Source: Octopus sinensis
Lineage: Eukaryota
DNA length: 64,000 nucleotides
Direction: 5' to 3'
Assembly: GCF_006345805.1 (NCBI RefSeq)
Contig: NC_043001.1
Coordinates: 93,248,001 to 93,312,000 of the forward strand
The notes below the pieces were generated by a model. It saw only the letters and a program-made list of their open reading frames with translations. It ran no database searches and was not told where the DNA came from. Below are positions 12,478-25,998 of this stretch, in pieces; the stretch's first letter is position 1, and each line of letters begins with the position of its first letter. The position numbers were made by a program, and so were the translations under genes.

Positions 12478-14084
12478 TATTGTGACTGAGAGAGAGAGAG
12501 AGAGAGAGGTGGGGAGAGAGACGGATGATGTTGCAATGCGTTGATGAGTGTCTTCGTACCATCAGTAGAGTGGCTTTTAACAATAGAAATTAATAGTATA
12601 ATGTTGGATAATAAAAATATTTAAGTAATAAACGATTAAATATCCACATATAATGTTATCTAATATCATAAGTTTATCTGTTTCCAACATATTATTTACA
12701 CCTGATTTCTCGATGTATCTAGGGAAACACTCTATTTCAGTGTCTTGTATGTAGGTAACCGAGTGGGAGTATGTTCTTTTTTATGAACATTATCAACATA
12801 ATTGACGTGAAAATGGTTTCTTTCACGATTCAAAATCTAATTACACATTTGTTTATCATACTTCGATATCATTACAATTAATCAATGTTTGTCAATATTA
12901 TGTTATTGTGTAACGTTCGTAAAGATTTATCGTTAATGCCTTTATAATATTTAGAGTATTCTCCTCATCTGTAGAGAGAAAACTCTTTTTAATTTTATAA
13001 CCGTACTACATTTCAATCAGTTTGATCTCCAGACGTCATCAGGTTTCTAGTTCCAAGATATTTATACGGTATCTGACTGCAGTCAAACTAAAAAGCTATA
13101 TTTCTAATCTTAGGGTAATCTGTTTCTGTATCATGCTACAATCTTACGCTATTCTAATTTATATTTCTCTAAAGTTAACCATATTAATCTGATATCAGTA
13201 CTAAGTTTATTTTCTGTACTTTCAGTTTATTTTTTGTACTTTCAGTTTCAAGATCTATACAAGTATACCCATTCTTGGGTATACTTAATTCGCTAAATGG
13301 GCAATTTTTAAAATTATAGTGTTGTTCTTTTATGTGATGTAGATACCCTGAAATTTCTCTGAAAGTCACTTCTTGCGATAAAGAAGTTCGGTGTGACCGC
13401 TATTTTGTGCTCAAGAATGCTTTTCTTTGCTTTTTTTTCTATTTGTATTTGCTTGGTTCAAAACAGAGGATGTGCCTATAACATTCACATATCTTCGACA
13501 GCAGTGAATTCGATACAGTTTATATAGGAATTACGCTTGGACAGCTGTAAATCGATGGCTGCAAGGGAAAAAAATCGGGAAAATTTCTAGAGGAGAGATG
13601 TTTTAGGGTGGCCCGACAAATAAGTGCAGTGTTTGGTATCGAAAACATTAATATGTAATGAGAGAAGGAAAAGGGCTGTAATTGAGGGTGTCTGAGTGAA
13701 TGTGGTACAAAACTATCCATTCCAAGGAGCGGATACAAGTGTGGTAATGGTACAAAAAGAAGCAGTACTACGGATAGCACGCTTGTGAGAGAGAGAGAGA
13801 GAGAGAGAGAGAGCGGGGAGTTGAGCGTGCTGGTGAGTGAGTTAATTTCAATAAGTCTGGGAAGCCTTTGGAGACGGAGAAGCGGCGTACGTTTTGTGTA
13901 TGGCATAGCAGTAACACCACTCCGAATACGGGAAGACTATTTCGTTATGGTTGTCATCTGAATTTTGTTGTTAGTAGTTGTTGAGGCTAAAATATTTTCT
14001 GAATCTCATATGAGTGGCTGGATATTTGTTATTCAGGAATGCTTTTCAAGCAACTCTTCTGTGTAAATTGCTAGTAACCGGTGT

Positions 14085-14130
<46 letters not shown>

Positions 14131-14133
<3 letters not shown>

Positions 14134-14300
14134 AAAAATTAGAGATAAAACCACTATTATGCAATTCAAACGATGATAGACATAAACCAAAACATAAATA
14201 ACAAATAAAAAATATTTTTATAAAACATAACTAAATCACAAAAAGTATCAAAATGAATAATACTGAATTTTATTTGTATCTTCGAAACTGATGAATTCAT
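14131..14300. mobile_element. Microsatellite-adjacent element end, same terminal motif as 1017 and 54868
   Basis: TTAGAGATAAAACCACTATTATGCAATTCAA (14139-14169) directly after (TA)n. Confidence 0.5.
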
Positions 14301-15007
14301 GGAGTCGCTACTCGGAGTTTGTTGGCTTATGTGAGCTTTATTTATATCCCCTAAATGATTACACAGAGCGAAAATCTTTGATCAGCGATAAAGCAAATAA
14401 TTTTAGGATTTGACCGAAAATTATGCACACACGCATACAGGCTCACGCACACATACAATATGCATACATCGAGATATACATATATGCATGCGTGAATTTG
14501 TGTAGACATATATTTACACGCACGTATTCATGCGTTTGTATTTTACCAGATTTAACTGTCATGTCAGGCAAAGAGTCTATTTTGTAATCTTTTCTATTCT
14601 GTTTTAAAATTTATTCCATTTAGTTAAACTTGCCAGTTATTTGTGGTTTAGTTAAAAAGACAACACACGTTGAAAAAATCAGAATGACAGTTATTGATTT
14701 CTGTGATTTTTTTTTTACACTCTGCATTAAAATGCGCAATCAATCAGCTTCTTCATATTCCAGTTTGAATGACTGTATTAATTTATGATTCAAACAGAAT
14801 CTTGCAACACAACGCAATAGCATTCAATGTCAATATTCCCAAGACACGATAAAAGACAACATGGAAATCACACACACCATGATTGGCACAGATATTAGAG
14901 TTATATGTAACAATATTCTATGTAGAAATAAATACGGTGGACAATTCTAAATTGGGATCAGCGATACGTGAAGATATTCCTTTACTTGTTGTTATTCGTT
15001 TAGTTAA

Positions 15008-15200
15008 AATGGTGAACTGGCAGAATTGTTAGTATGCTGGACAAAATGTATGACACCTTTTCATCTTCCAGTCGTTCAACTTTGCTTTTCGTCATTTCGG
15101 AGTCGACAAAACAAGTACCAGAAGAGAACTGGGGTCGGTGTAATCGAGTAGATCCCTTCCCAAATATTACAGGTTTTGAACTTACAGTAGAAAGGATTGT
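15008..15200 (+). mobile_element. SINE family D with internal deletion
   Basis: GAACTGGCAGAATTGTTAG head; TCAACTTTGC...GGAGTCGACAAAACAAGTACCAG...CTGGGGTCGGTGTAATCGA core; AGTAGAAAGGATT tail. Confidence 0.7.
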
Positions 15201-15211
15201 AATTGTTTTAG

Positions 15212-15278
15212 TCAAAGCAGAGAGCTGGCAGAATCATCGTCACTGCGCCAGAGAAAATGTTTAACAAAATTTCTTTTG

Positions 15279-15352
<74 letters not shown>

Positions 15353-15378
15353 TACATACATACATACATACATACACA

Positions 15379-15414
<36 letters not shown>

Positions 15415-15682
15415 TAGTGGAGTCACATGGCCTAGTGGTTAGAGCAGCGGACTCGCGGTCGAGAGATCGCGAGTTCGAATCTCAGACCGGGCGATGTGTG
15501 TGTTTACGAGTGAGTCACCTAAGCTCCACGCGGCTCCGGCCGAGTTCGAATACCGTCGAGATCGACTTTACCTTTTATCATTTCAGGATTGATGAAGTAA
15601 GTACCAGTTGAGCACTGAGGTCGATGTACTCAACTAACTCCACCCCCACGAAATTGCTGGCCTTGTGCTAAAGCTAGAAAGA
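15212..15682 (+). mobile_element. SINE family D split by microsatellites and a nested family A SINE
   Basis: Head GAGCTGGCAGAATC at about 15223-15272. The remainder GAGTTCGAATACCGTCGAGATCGACTTT... resumes at 15541. Confidence 0.65.
15417..15540 (+). mobile_element. SINE family A (tRNA-Arg-like head, OR1/OR2-like), 5' part
   Basis: A box TGGCCTAGTGG and B box GAGTTCGAATC. Homologous to 37129, 43479 and 58133. Confidence 0.8.
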
Positions 15683-16184
15683 ATTTTTTTGGCTTAGTTA
15701 AAACCGTATATTCTTCGTACCTGCCATCCACTCACCATGTGATATTTGGGGAAAATGATTAAAAAAAAAACACTCCCAATATGCGGTCTTCAAGTCAAAT
15801 ACCTTGTTAAAATACTTTTACGAGATGTTCTGGTCGTAGCGTTACACACGGCAATGTGTTATGCCCACTACTTTTCTTAGAAGAAACGGTAAACAGTGAA
15901 GAAGTGAAAATTACGACGTATATCTTGATTGGATAATCGAAGTAAACTGTTTCTAATTAGAAGAGAGGATCATGTGGATTTTGATTTCAATGTAAAAGTT
16001 AATCTATTTGATTGGATCAGATATAAAAGATTTTCTGGAAGCCCCTTTATATCCAGAAGAGTCATGGAGACAACACCTCATCTGTTTAATTAATATAACT
16101 ACCCACCTCGTTTGCAATCTATAGAGCACACACAAACACGTATACACACGTACACACATTTATGTATATATGTATATATGTGTA

Positions 16185-16217
<33 letters not shown>

Positions 16218-16220
16218 GAC

Positions 16221-16301
<81 letters not shown>

Positions 16302-16398
16302 GTGTATCTGTATATATGTATGTATGTATGTATGTATCTATCTATCTATCTATCATCTATCTATCTATATATAATATATATATATATAATATATATAT

Positions 16399-16429
<31 letters not shown>

Positions 16430-16879
16430 ATGTGTGTCTATGTACGTGTGTGTGTATGCAAGTGTGGGTGAAGACGCTATTCATGAAAATGATAGTGATG
16501 TTGAAAATCGTGTTGATTATCAAAGCGACATAAAGATGATGATGATGATGATGATGATGAAGAGGATGATGATGATGATGATGATGTATTAAAACGAGTA
16601 AAAAAGAAAGAAACAAAAGAGGCAGAAGCATTAGTGCGAGCATTCTGAGACAAGATGGAAAAGTGAATAGACTGAGGTCACGTGTTTTGATTACAGAACC
16701 TGTAAGATGTTGAAGCATTCTGGGAATAGCTGTCAATATTTCTAATTACAAATTAGTCAAGATGCAGCACTGATGTGGTGTCTTTTATGGCAAAATGCTA
16801 TTAGTATGTCAGTCACGAACTCATGAGTTGAAGAGACAAGAACAAAAATATAAAAATGAAGAAGAAAATATTAGAAAGC

Positions 16880-17285
<406 letters not shown>

Positions 17286-17481
17286 ACAGTAGAAAAAGTA
17301 GTAAAAATTGTACTAGCTGATGCTGATTTCCAAACTTTTTAGGATTTCATATATTCTTTATTCTACATCCATTTCATCACATAGGTTGTTATTTTGGTGG
17401 GCATATGTATTTGTTTGTATTTTATATAATTTTGTATATGTATAGAAATACATATCATAATTATATCATACATACTTACAT

Positions 17482-17514
<33 letters not shown>

Positions 17515-17579
17515 ATATATATATATATTATATATATATGCACACCACATATATATTTATATGCATACAACACACACAC

Positions 17580-17646
<67 letters not shown>

Positions 17647-18295
17647 CAATTATGTACGTCTATAAGTATACATAAGTATGCATATAAATATAAACATAAT
17701 CTTTCATATACATACACATACAATAAAAACTGAAAATAGAATTGGAATGGGGAAAATGCCAAAGGAAGAAAACATGGAGTCATGCTTTCACGAATGAAAA
17801 AAGAAAATTGAAATTAGGAAAACAATCTGATTTGAAGTTTCCATCACATATTTCTCTCTTTCTGTCTCTCTGTCTCTCTCTCACACACATTACATACATA
17901 TATCCATACACACATATATGTGTGTATGTACGTATGTATCTACAGAATATATATTTATATGTCTTTATGAATAAGTATAATGTGTACGCGTGCGCATTTA
18001 TAACAGGAAATCGTCTGCTAAGTGAATGACGCCATTGCCATTTTTTTCAGCATAACAACCATAGATCTTTCTTCAACCCTTCCTTGGCAGGAAAAATATA
18101 ATAAATAATTACAAGGATGAAAGAAAATGAAAAAAAAAAAACATGATTTGTAGGACAACTGTAGGAGACTCAGTGTATAGCTATCATTTATTGATATCAG
18201 GGGGAAAAATAAATCAATTGTATTTGACAATTTCCTTCCCGATTTTTTTCCGTATGGGTCAGATTTATACATACAAATACATACATAATATATAT

Positions 18296-18445
<150 letters not shown>

Positions 18446-18448
18446 AAG

Positions 18449-18504
<56 letters not shown>

Positions 18505-19287
18505 AGGATGTAGATAACGTTGAAAGGAAATAATATGTTTCAATGGAAGTATATTTTGCAGGCAGCGAGACCAACGCAAAAAAAAGAGAGAGAAAAAATG
18601 AAGAATCAAAATGAATAACAATAACAATTGAAAACAAACTTCAATTTATGGTTTTCAACACCGTCGTACTCCATACTGAGAATTTCTGGCGCTCATTTCT
18701 TCCCGGTTGTTCATATCTATGAATAATTAAGCTATACTTTGTTGATTTTATACAGCACTAGACTATGTCGAGCCAATAAGATTCCCTCCATGCTGATGGT
18801 TTATATACTAAAAATAACAACTAAATATTTCTCAGTGCAATTCGGGAGGCCTTGGAAAAGATATTGTAATAGTGGATTATATAGTCATATATAAATAATC
18901 ACAATGCATACACATATACGCAAATAGATACATATGTATATGAAGATGAATGATTACGACGTGTCATTTAAGTTGCATTGAATAAAACAATTGTATTAAA
19001 ACACTATGTGCTCCAATGGACGGCAAAAGACAAACCAGCGAGGGAAATTTGCGTTAGAGCAACAATACTTATTAAAGGTCTCCTTGGGTATAAAAGCTAT
19101 TGAGTTTATATATACAGAAATTATCTCCCCTCTTGAACATACATATACTTACATAGACATGTAACTTCTTTTCTTTTTCATCTTGAGTTGTTTTCTTCAT
19201 CATTCTTTAAATCTTAAGAAATATTCGGATTCTTTATATTGTCTCCGATATTACGATTATTTACAGTGTATATATGCCTCTTTCTTG

Positions 19288-19318
<31 letters not shown>

Positions 19319-19900
19319 TTAATATATATATATGCATACATATATATGTACGTATATATATTATATATATATATATATATATATGTACGTAAATATATAT
19401 ATATGTACGTATAATATATATATATAATATATATATATATTATATATTATATATATAAATATATATATATATGTATATGTTAATATTATTGTGTCTATAT
19501 GTGTGTATATATGTATATACATGTATAACATATACACACACACGCTCGCACACACACATACATACACACATCAATGGCGAGATGAACGCACCTAGAAATT
19601 ATTAGCTTTTTGGCCCGGTTAAACAGAGCTGAACAACAGATTAAAAGTAGAACAACAGCAATAAGAGTAACGGAAATAACAAATGAGAGAAGGAAAGGAC
19701 CTTTTATACTGTTAGTAGTGTTCCTAGAATCTGCAGCAAAATCTTTCTTAAATCATACAGTTAGTAAACGAAATAGAGAAGGGTTCAAGTGCTGTGAGGA
19801 GGGAAACAATTGGTATGTATACATGTATATATATATACACACACACACACAGGAACACACAAACACAAACACACACGCAGAGACACACGCACACATACAC

Positions 19901-19974
<74 letters not shown>

Positions 19975-20096
19975 AATGTGTATATATATATGGGTATTAC
20001 AAGGATGTCTAGGTATCAATACATTACGGCCGACTCAAACGGCTTCATTTAATCTATCAATGAAAACTTAACATTAATTTGAAAGAAACCACTCTC

Positions 20097-20133
<37 letters not shown>

Positions 20134-20404
20134 AAATAAATGAAAGAATGGAGTTGAACGACGAATTAACAAAATTCCTTTATTTTATTTTCGACATATG
20201 TTTCGAAGGCTGCATATTCCTAATTTCGAAGTTTTTGTGCATCTTGATGCTGACATAAGTTCCTTGTTTTTCCTGATGAGAAGGCGGCATAAAACACCCC
20301 TTATTCCTTCGAAATTAGGAATATGTAGCCTTCGAAACATATGTCGAAAATAAAATAAAGGAATTTTGTTAATTCGTCGTTCAACTCCATTCTTTCATTT
20401 ATTT
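20134..20404. mobile_element. Fold-back element with 98-bp inverted arms (20134-20231 / 20307-20404), PLE pLTR-like
   Basis: Arms match at 97/98 positions around a 75-bp spacer. Follows a (TA)n tract and contains the hammerhead below. Confidence 0.85.
20259..20364 (+). ncRNA. Type I hammerhead ribozyme (minimal, palindromic stem III)
   Basis: Stem I TTTTC (20268-72) / GAAAA (20346-50); core CTGATGA (20273-79); stem II GAAGGC (20280-85) / GCCTTC (20328-33); GAAA (20334-37); stem III C-ATAT-G inside palindrome ACATATGT; cleavage triplet GTC, predicted cut after 20345. Confidence 0.8.
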
Positions 20405-20548
20405 GTATTTAAAAAAACACACAAATTTCCACACGATAGCACGTGATCTCTGCCCTAGGAATGTAGCTTCAACCATGTTTTTCTGACGTGAATTTGCTAC
20501 CCAGGTGTCGGTTAATCGAATTATCCATAATAAGATAATTCATTCAAC

Positions 20549-20620
<72 letters not shown>

Positions 20621-20746
20621 CACATATATATATATATTATATATATATATATTAATATATATACATATATAAGTATAGATATGTATATATACATATATAC
20701 ATATATAAGTATAGATATGTATATATACATGTATATGTATACATAT

Positions 20747-20804
<58 letters not shown>

Positions 20805-20932
20805 TATATATATATATATATATGTATGTATATATATATAGAGAGAGAGTTTACGAAAAAGAAAAGACGAAGACAGGTGGCGTACAAAACAAACATATGT
20901 ATTAATATAGTGCTCAGGAATAGAAAAAGTCT

Positions 20933-21029
<97 letters not shown>

Positions 21030-21114
21030 TACATACATACATATAAATACAGATATATGTATATCTCTTGGCTTGGGAGGATCAATATGCCAATAAAAAT
21101 AACACACGGACTGC

Positions 21115-21462
21115 CCTCATTGTCAGTTCTTTATTGTTAGTCAATTGGTCAGATATGTAACTACTATCGATCATTTGTCTAATGTAGTCGTTAGACAATC
21201 AATCGGTTGTTTGAATTCCAAGTCCATTCGCCAGTATTTTCGACCTCTCCATAAGTATATTCTTTCTCTTCAAGGTCTGCCTAGAAGAGAGAAAGATAAG
21301 GAGAGGGGGGACATGCCATTGATAAGGTCACAAGTAGCGACAGAAGGGCTTTGACATAAAAACAATCGATTGATCGTTTAACCAGCGCATGAAACAAACG
21401 ATCTATTAGTTAGTTGGTTAGATATTTATCCAGTTGACTAACAATAAAGAAGTGGTAACGAA
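21115..21462. mobile_element. Old MITE-like element with ~85-bp degenerate terminal inverted repeats
   Basis: TCTTTATTGTTAGTCAATTGG (about 21127-47) / CCAGTTGACTAACAATAAAGA (about 21430-50) has 1 mismatch. Similarity continues inward (GTTAGACAATCAATCGGTTGTTT versus AAACAATCGATTGATCGTTTAAC). Confidence 0.65.
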
Positions 21463-21744
21463 CCGGCGCGTGTGTTATTATTATTGGTATAATGACCATC
21501 CCATGATAAATAAAAGATTTGTTTCAGTACGCGTATTCATATCAAGTATCTTGCTAACAAAATACTAAAACGAAGTACATACATACATATATATACACAC
21601 ATACACATACATAAATGCATGCATGCATCCATCCGTCCGTCCATCCATCCATCCATCCATCCATCCATATATATGTATGGGTACACACACATATACATAC
21701 AAACGTGCATGCGTATACATATGTGTATACATGTATAGTATACA

Positions 21745-21782
<38 letters not shown>

Positions 21783-21802
21783 ATATATACGTGTAGATAG
21801 AT

Positions 21803-21862
<60 letters not shown>

Positions 21863-22517
21863 TTATATATACAAATAGATTGGTGCAGTTGTGTATATAT
21901 AAGCTTGTGTACATATATAAATACGTATACATGTAGAAAAAAAACATGTGCATTCCTATGCCGAATCATCCACGTTTATGTCCATTCGTCTATACACTCA
22001 CTCGCTCTCATACACATACATTGTCATCTATGTGTTTCTATGAGGATATATTTCATCTCCTATATGTGCGCACACATACACGTATATTTGTATGCTTATA
22101 TGTGTAAGAATGTGTATCTATGTATCCAGCGAACCGATCTTGTAAATATATTTCCTCAGCGCTAAAGAAGTTTCTGATAATAAATTCAACAGAATCGGTT
22201 TTAATACACTTGTACATTTCAGAGCCAACAGCACCAAATTTATTTCTCTAATAATGGTTCCGAACACACAGGTTTTATTGAGAAATGATTGGCACTGGCT
22301 TGCCATGTATAATCTTAAGTAATGTAGACAAGTCAACCGAAACATCTTCTGCTATACTTTCTCCATTGTTCTCAGCGATATTCTCAGCAGCTCAGTTCAA
22401 AATTGGCAGAGAATGAGCTAAATGGGTTATATATAGAGAGCAACGTTACGCTATGTATGTACGTACGTACGTAAGTACGTGCGTATGTGATGTATTATAT
22501 ATATTTATATATGTATA

Positions 22518-22620
<103 letters not shown>

Positions 22621-23617
22621 GTTCATATGCACATGTACAAGTACCTAATTCACACGGAGGCACACAGTTGCTCGCCTACGAGCAAGGAGATACATATACA
22701 TATATATGGGAAACAGAAAATTCTAAATCTGAAGCTGAACATCTATCTAAATGTCAATCTGTGAAAACGCCGATGTGATTGCCTGTTTTTCTTCAGTAAG
22801 TACAAAGAATATTCCAAATCCATATTTTATTTCTTATATCAACACTGCAAATACGCATAAACAAATACACAGATATGCAGACACACACAAACACACACAC
22901 ACACACACACGCATGGGCACTAACAAACGCATCTTTCAAGCACGTGCTAGCAAATACTTAAATAATATACAATGAAGACGCATAAACATATGAACACATT
23001 GTTAATACATACGAAAACAGCTTCACAAATACGACGAAGAAAAATATAGGAAAACCTATAAAATTGTATAGCATGTTGAAATATATCTGTGCACTTATTG
23101 ATGTACTGTAATCAACAGTGAAGTGTAATTAACGTCAATATACAATGCATAAAATTCTATCAGGTTTATTTGGAAAATCAGCCAAGAATCCATAAGATGG
23201 GGAATTGCCAGATTTTCTAGGTTTTAGGTCGTTTATATCTATATTTGTTTCATTTTTTTCTGTTTACGATGTATAAATGCACGCACACAAAGAAGTGTTT
23301 ATTGGTATGGCACGTGCATATAATTTCATATATTTATGTATATATTTAATGAAGAATTACATACACACACACAAACGAACAGAAACAGGTTTAATACATA
23401 TATACACGTTTAATGCACAGTGTATTAGAATAACAGTAACTAATAGTTTCTTGCCATGGAGACACGTGGTAAGGCAGATATTATAATGCGCCTTGTGTCT
23501 CAAAGGCAAAAAATTATAAATAGCTCTTATTTTAACACAGTGTACATTAAATGATAGTTATCTCTAACTGGTCGGGGTACTTTTTGGTTCATCCTTCCTT
23601 AACGGAACAGTAAACTA

Positions 23618-23930
23618 TGGAATCGAACTCAGAATCTTGGGGTTAGTAGCCCGCGCTCTTAACCACTACGCGATATGCCGTGGTTTAGAGCGCGGGCTAC
23701 TAACCCCAAGATTCCGAGTTCGATTCCAGGCAGTGATCTGAATAACAACAACAATAATAACAACAACAACATCGAAAAATACCTTAGGAATGAGAGTCCA
23801 TGTTCAAAATTTCCCCAAAACACTTGGTGAAGGCTGGAGGGCATATGAAGCGAATAGTTGGGTAAACAACAAACAAGATGAGGACAAATATCCGTCAAAT
23901 GTAAATAATGTAAATAATGCACATAATTCC
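23618..23930 (+). mobile_element. tRNA-headed element with head-to-head inverted duplication, (AAC/AAT)n linker and PLE-like tail
   Basis: 49-bp arms 23618-23666 / 23680-23728 with 2 mismatches. The head has GTAGTGGTTAAGAGC, a CTACTAA loop and B box GAGTTCGATTCC. Confidence 0.7.
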
Positions 23931-24120
23931 CCACCGCTTAAATATAGAACTGAATTGTCATTCATTATTATGCAGTCATGTATCAGCTCACTAGTACTCA
24001 CAGCCAACTTACAGTCAAAGAGACAAAATATCAATGGCAATCAAAACAAAAGACGTCGATGCATGTCAGAATCACCCAGACATGCTCAAGGATGAGAATA
24101 AAAAAATAATTTGAACATTA

Positions 24121-24527
24121 TAGGCACAGTAGTTGCTGTGTAGTAATTAGCTTGCTTGCCAACCCAATGGTCCCAGGTTAAGTCCCACTGAGTGGCACCT
24201 TGGGCAAGTGTCTTCTACTATAGCCTCGAGCCGACCAGAGCCTTGTGAGTGGATTTGGTAGACGGAAACTGAAAAGAAGCCCGTCGTATATATGTATATG
24301 TATATATATGTTTGTGTGTGTGTGTCAGTGTTTGTCCCCCAACATCGATGACAACTGATGCTGGTGTGTTTAGGTCCCCGTAACCTAGCGGTTCGGCAAA
24401 ATAGACCCATAGAATAAGTACTAGGCTTACAAAGAATAAGACCTGGAGTCGATTTGCTCGACTAAAGGCGGTGCTCCAGCATGGCCGCAGTCAAATACCT
24501 GAAACAAGTAAAAGAGTAAAAGAGTAA
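24121..24527 (+). mobile_element. SINE family B (~410 bp, CORE-like domain, internal TA/TG microsatellite; OK-like), full length
   Basis: tRNA-like head, GGCACCTTGGGCAAGTGTCTT (CORE-like), tail GGCGGTGCTCCAGCATGGCCGCAGTC...(AAAAGAGT)n. Five more long copies in the window. Confidence 0.9.
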
Positions 24528-24906
24528 TTAGTGCATTGTATTTTCAGTCACTTAAATACGGAGAAGATAGATCCACTGGAAATTCCATCATGCCGTAGCG
24601 ATTCAAAGGTTGACGAGGCTGAGAAAAGCTGCTTAAACGTATCATTTTAAGCTGCTTAAGATGATGCATCTTCCGACAGATACATTGCTAAACAGACCTT
24701 TGAATGCAAATATCTTGCAGGACAGATCCTGTGAATATTTGTTACAAGAGAACAAGAAATCACATTAACCTTGTGGAAACCTCTAGTTCTGAGTAATTGA
24801 AACTGCGGTTCTCTGCTTTAGTTGCAAACAAGCTCGGGCTTACACAAGAAATTAAGGGGCAATAATGAATTTACAGAGAACGTCCATGAGCAAAATTATA
24901 TTCAAA

Positions 24907-25722
24907 AGCTTTAATTACAAGGAATCTCTATAACTTTATTCTCTTGAACGACACAGAAGACACCTCGTTATTTATATATGGAAGATCCTGGAAGATCACA
25001 ACCCAAATTTTGGCATTAAATTACATATTAATGCTTGAATTGATAAATACCGCCAGCTTCCACGTATACTCTTTTACTCTTTTAATTGTTTAGTCATTTA
25101 GCTGTGGCTATGCTGAAGCACCGCCTTTAGTTGAGCAAATCGACCCCAGGACTTATTCTTTGTAAGCCTAGTACTTATTCTTTCGGTCTCTTTTGCCGAA
25201 CCGCTAAGTTACGGGGACGTAAACACACCAGCATCGGTTGTCAAGCGATGCTGTGGGGACAAACACACACATACATGTATATACATATACATATACACGA
25301 TGGGCTTCTTTCAGTTTCCGTCTACTAAATCTACTCATAAGGCTTTGGTTGGCCCGAGGCTATAGTGGAAGACACTGGTCAAGGTGCCACGAAGTGGGAC
25401 TGAACCCGGAACCATGTGGTTGGTAAACAAGCTACTTACCACACAGCCACTCCTGCGCCTTCGCTGTCAAGAACAATCTGATATTCACAGGCTTTCAAGA
25501 CTTCAGCTGCCTTCCTAAAGAGATCAGTGATATAATAGAAATTTGTCTTTGGAATACCGGTTTAAGGTTACACGTAAGAATGTTTACCTGCTAAAAACTC
25601 TAAGTTGATCAACTTTACGCATTACAAATTTAGTAAAACTGGAGGGAAAAAAAACCTCGTAAAAGCAATGCCCCAGCATAAGCGCTGGCCATTGGGTGGA
25701 ATAAACTAAAGAATAAAAGAAC
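24907..25722 (+). mobile_element. Decayed CR1-group LINE 3' end interrupted by a family B SINE
   Basis: SFNYKESL*LYSLERHRRHLVIYIWKILEDHNPNFGI (24907-25020). After the SINE it resumes as NNLIFTGFQDFSCLPKEISDI, then the tail ATGCCCCAGCAT...AAAGAATAAAAGAA. Confidence 0.7.
25067..25460 (-). mobile_element. SINE family B, full length
   Basis: Reverse complement of the 24121 copy along its whole length. Head AGGCGCAGGAGTGGCTGTGTGG...GGTTCAGTCCC. Confidence 0.9.
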
Positions 25723-25807
25723 AACAGAGTATATGTCAATGCATATGTCTAATTTATGAAAATATATTCGTTAGATTATATTAATTATTGTTATAAGAAC
25801 ATGAGTA

Positions 25808-25998
25808 ATCCTTTCTACTATAGCCACATGGCCTGGAATTTTGGGGGAGGGGGCTAGTCGATTACATGGAGCCCAGTACTGGGCTGGTACTTATTTTATC
25901 GACCCCGAAAGGATGAAGGTCAAAGTCGAACTCAGCAGGATTTGAACTCAGAAAGTCAAGGCGGACGAAATGTTAAGTATTTCACCCGACTTCGTAAC
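25808..25998 (-). mobile_element. SINE family D
   Basis: CTGGTACTTATTTTATCGACCCCGAAAGGATGAAGGTCAAAGTCGA...GATTTGAACTCAGAA. Confidence 0.8.

Noticed and set aside
13000-13050. CTGATGA on the minus strand as a hammerhead core
   Set aside because: No stem II or stem I pairing around a GAAA.
15417-15495. tRNA-like sequences (also 23680, 37129, 43479, 56134, 58133) as true tRNA genes
   Set aside because: Acceptor stems are not closed and each continues into SINE body sequence.
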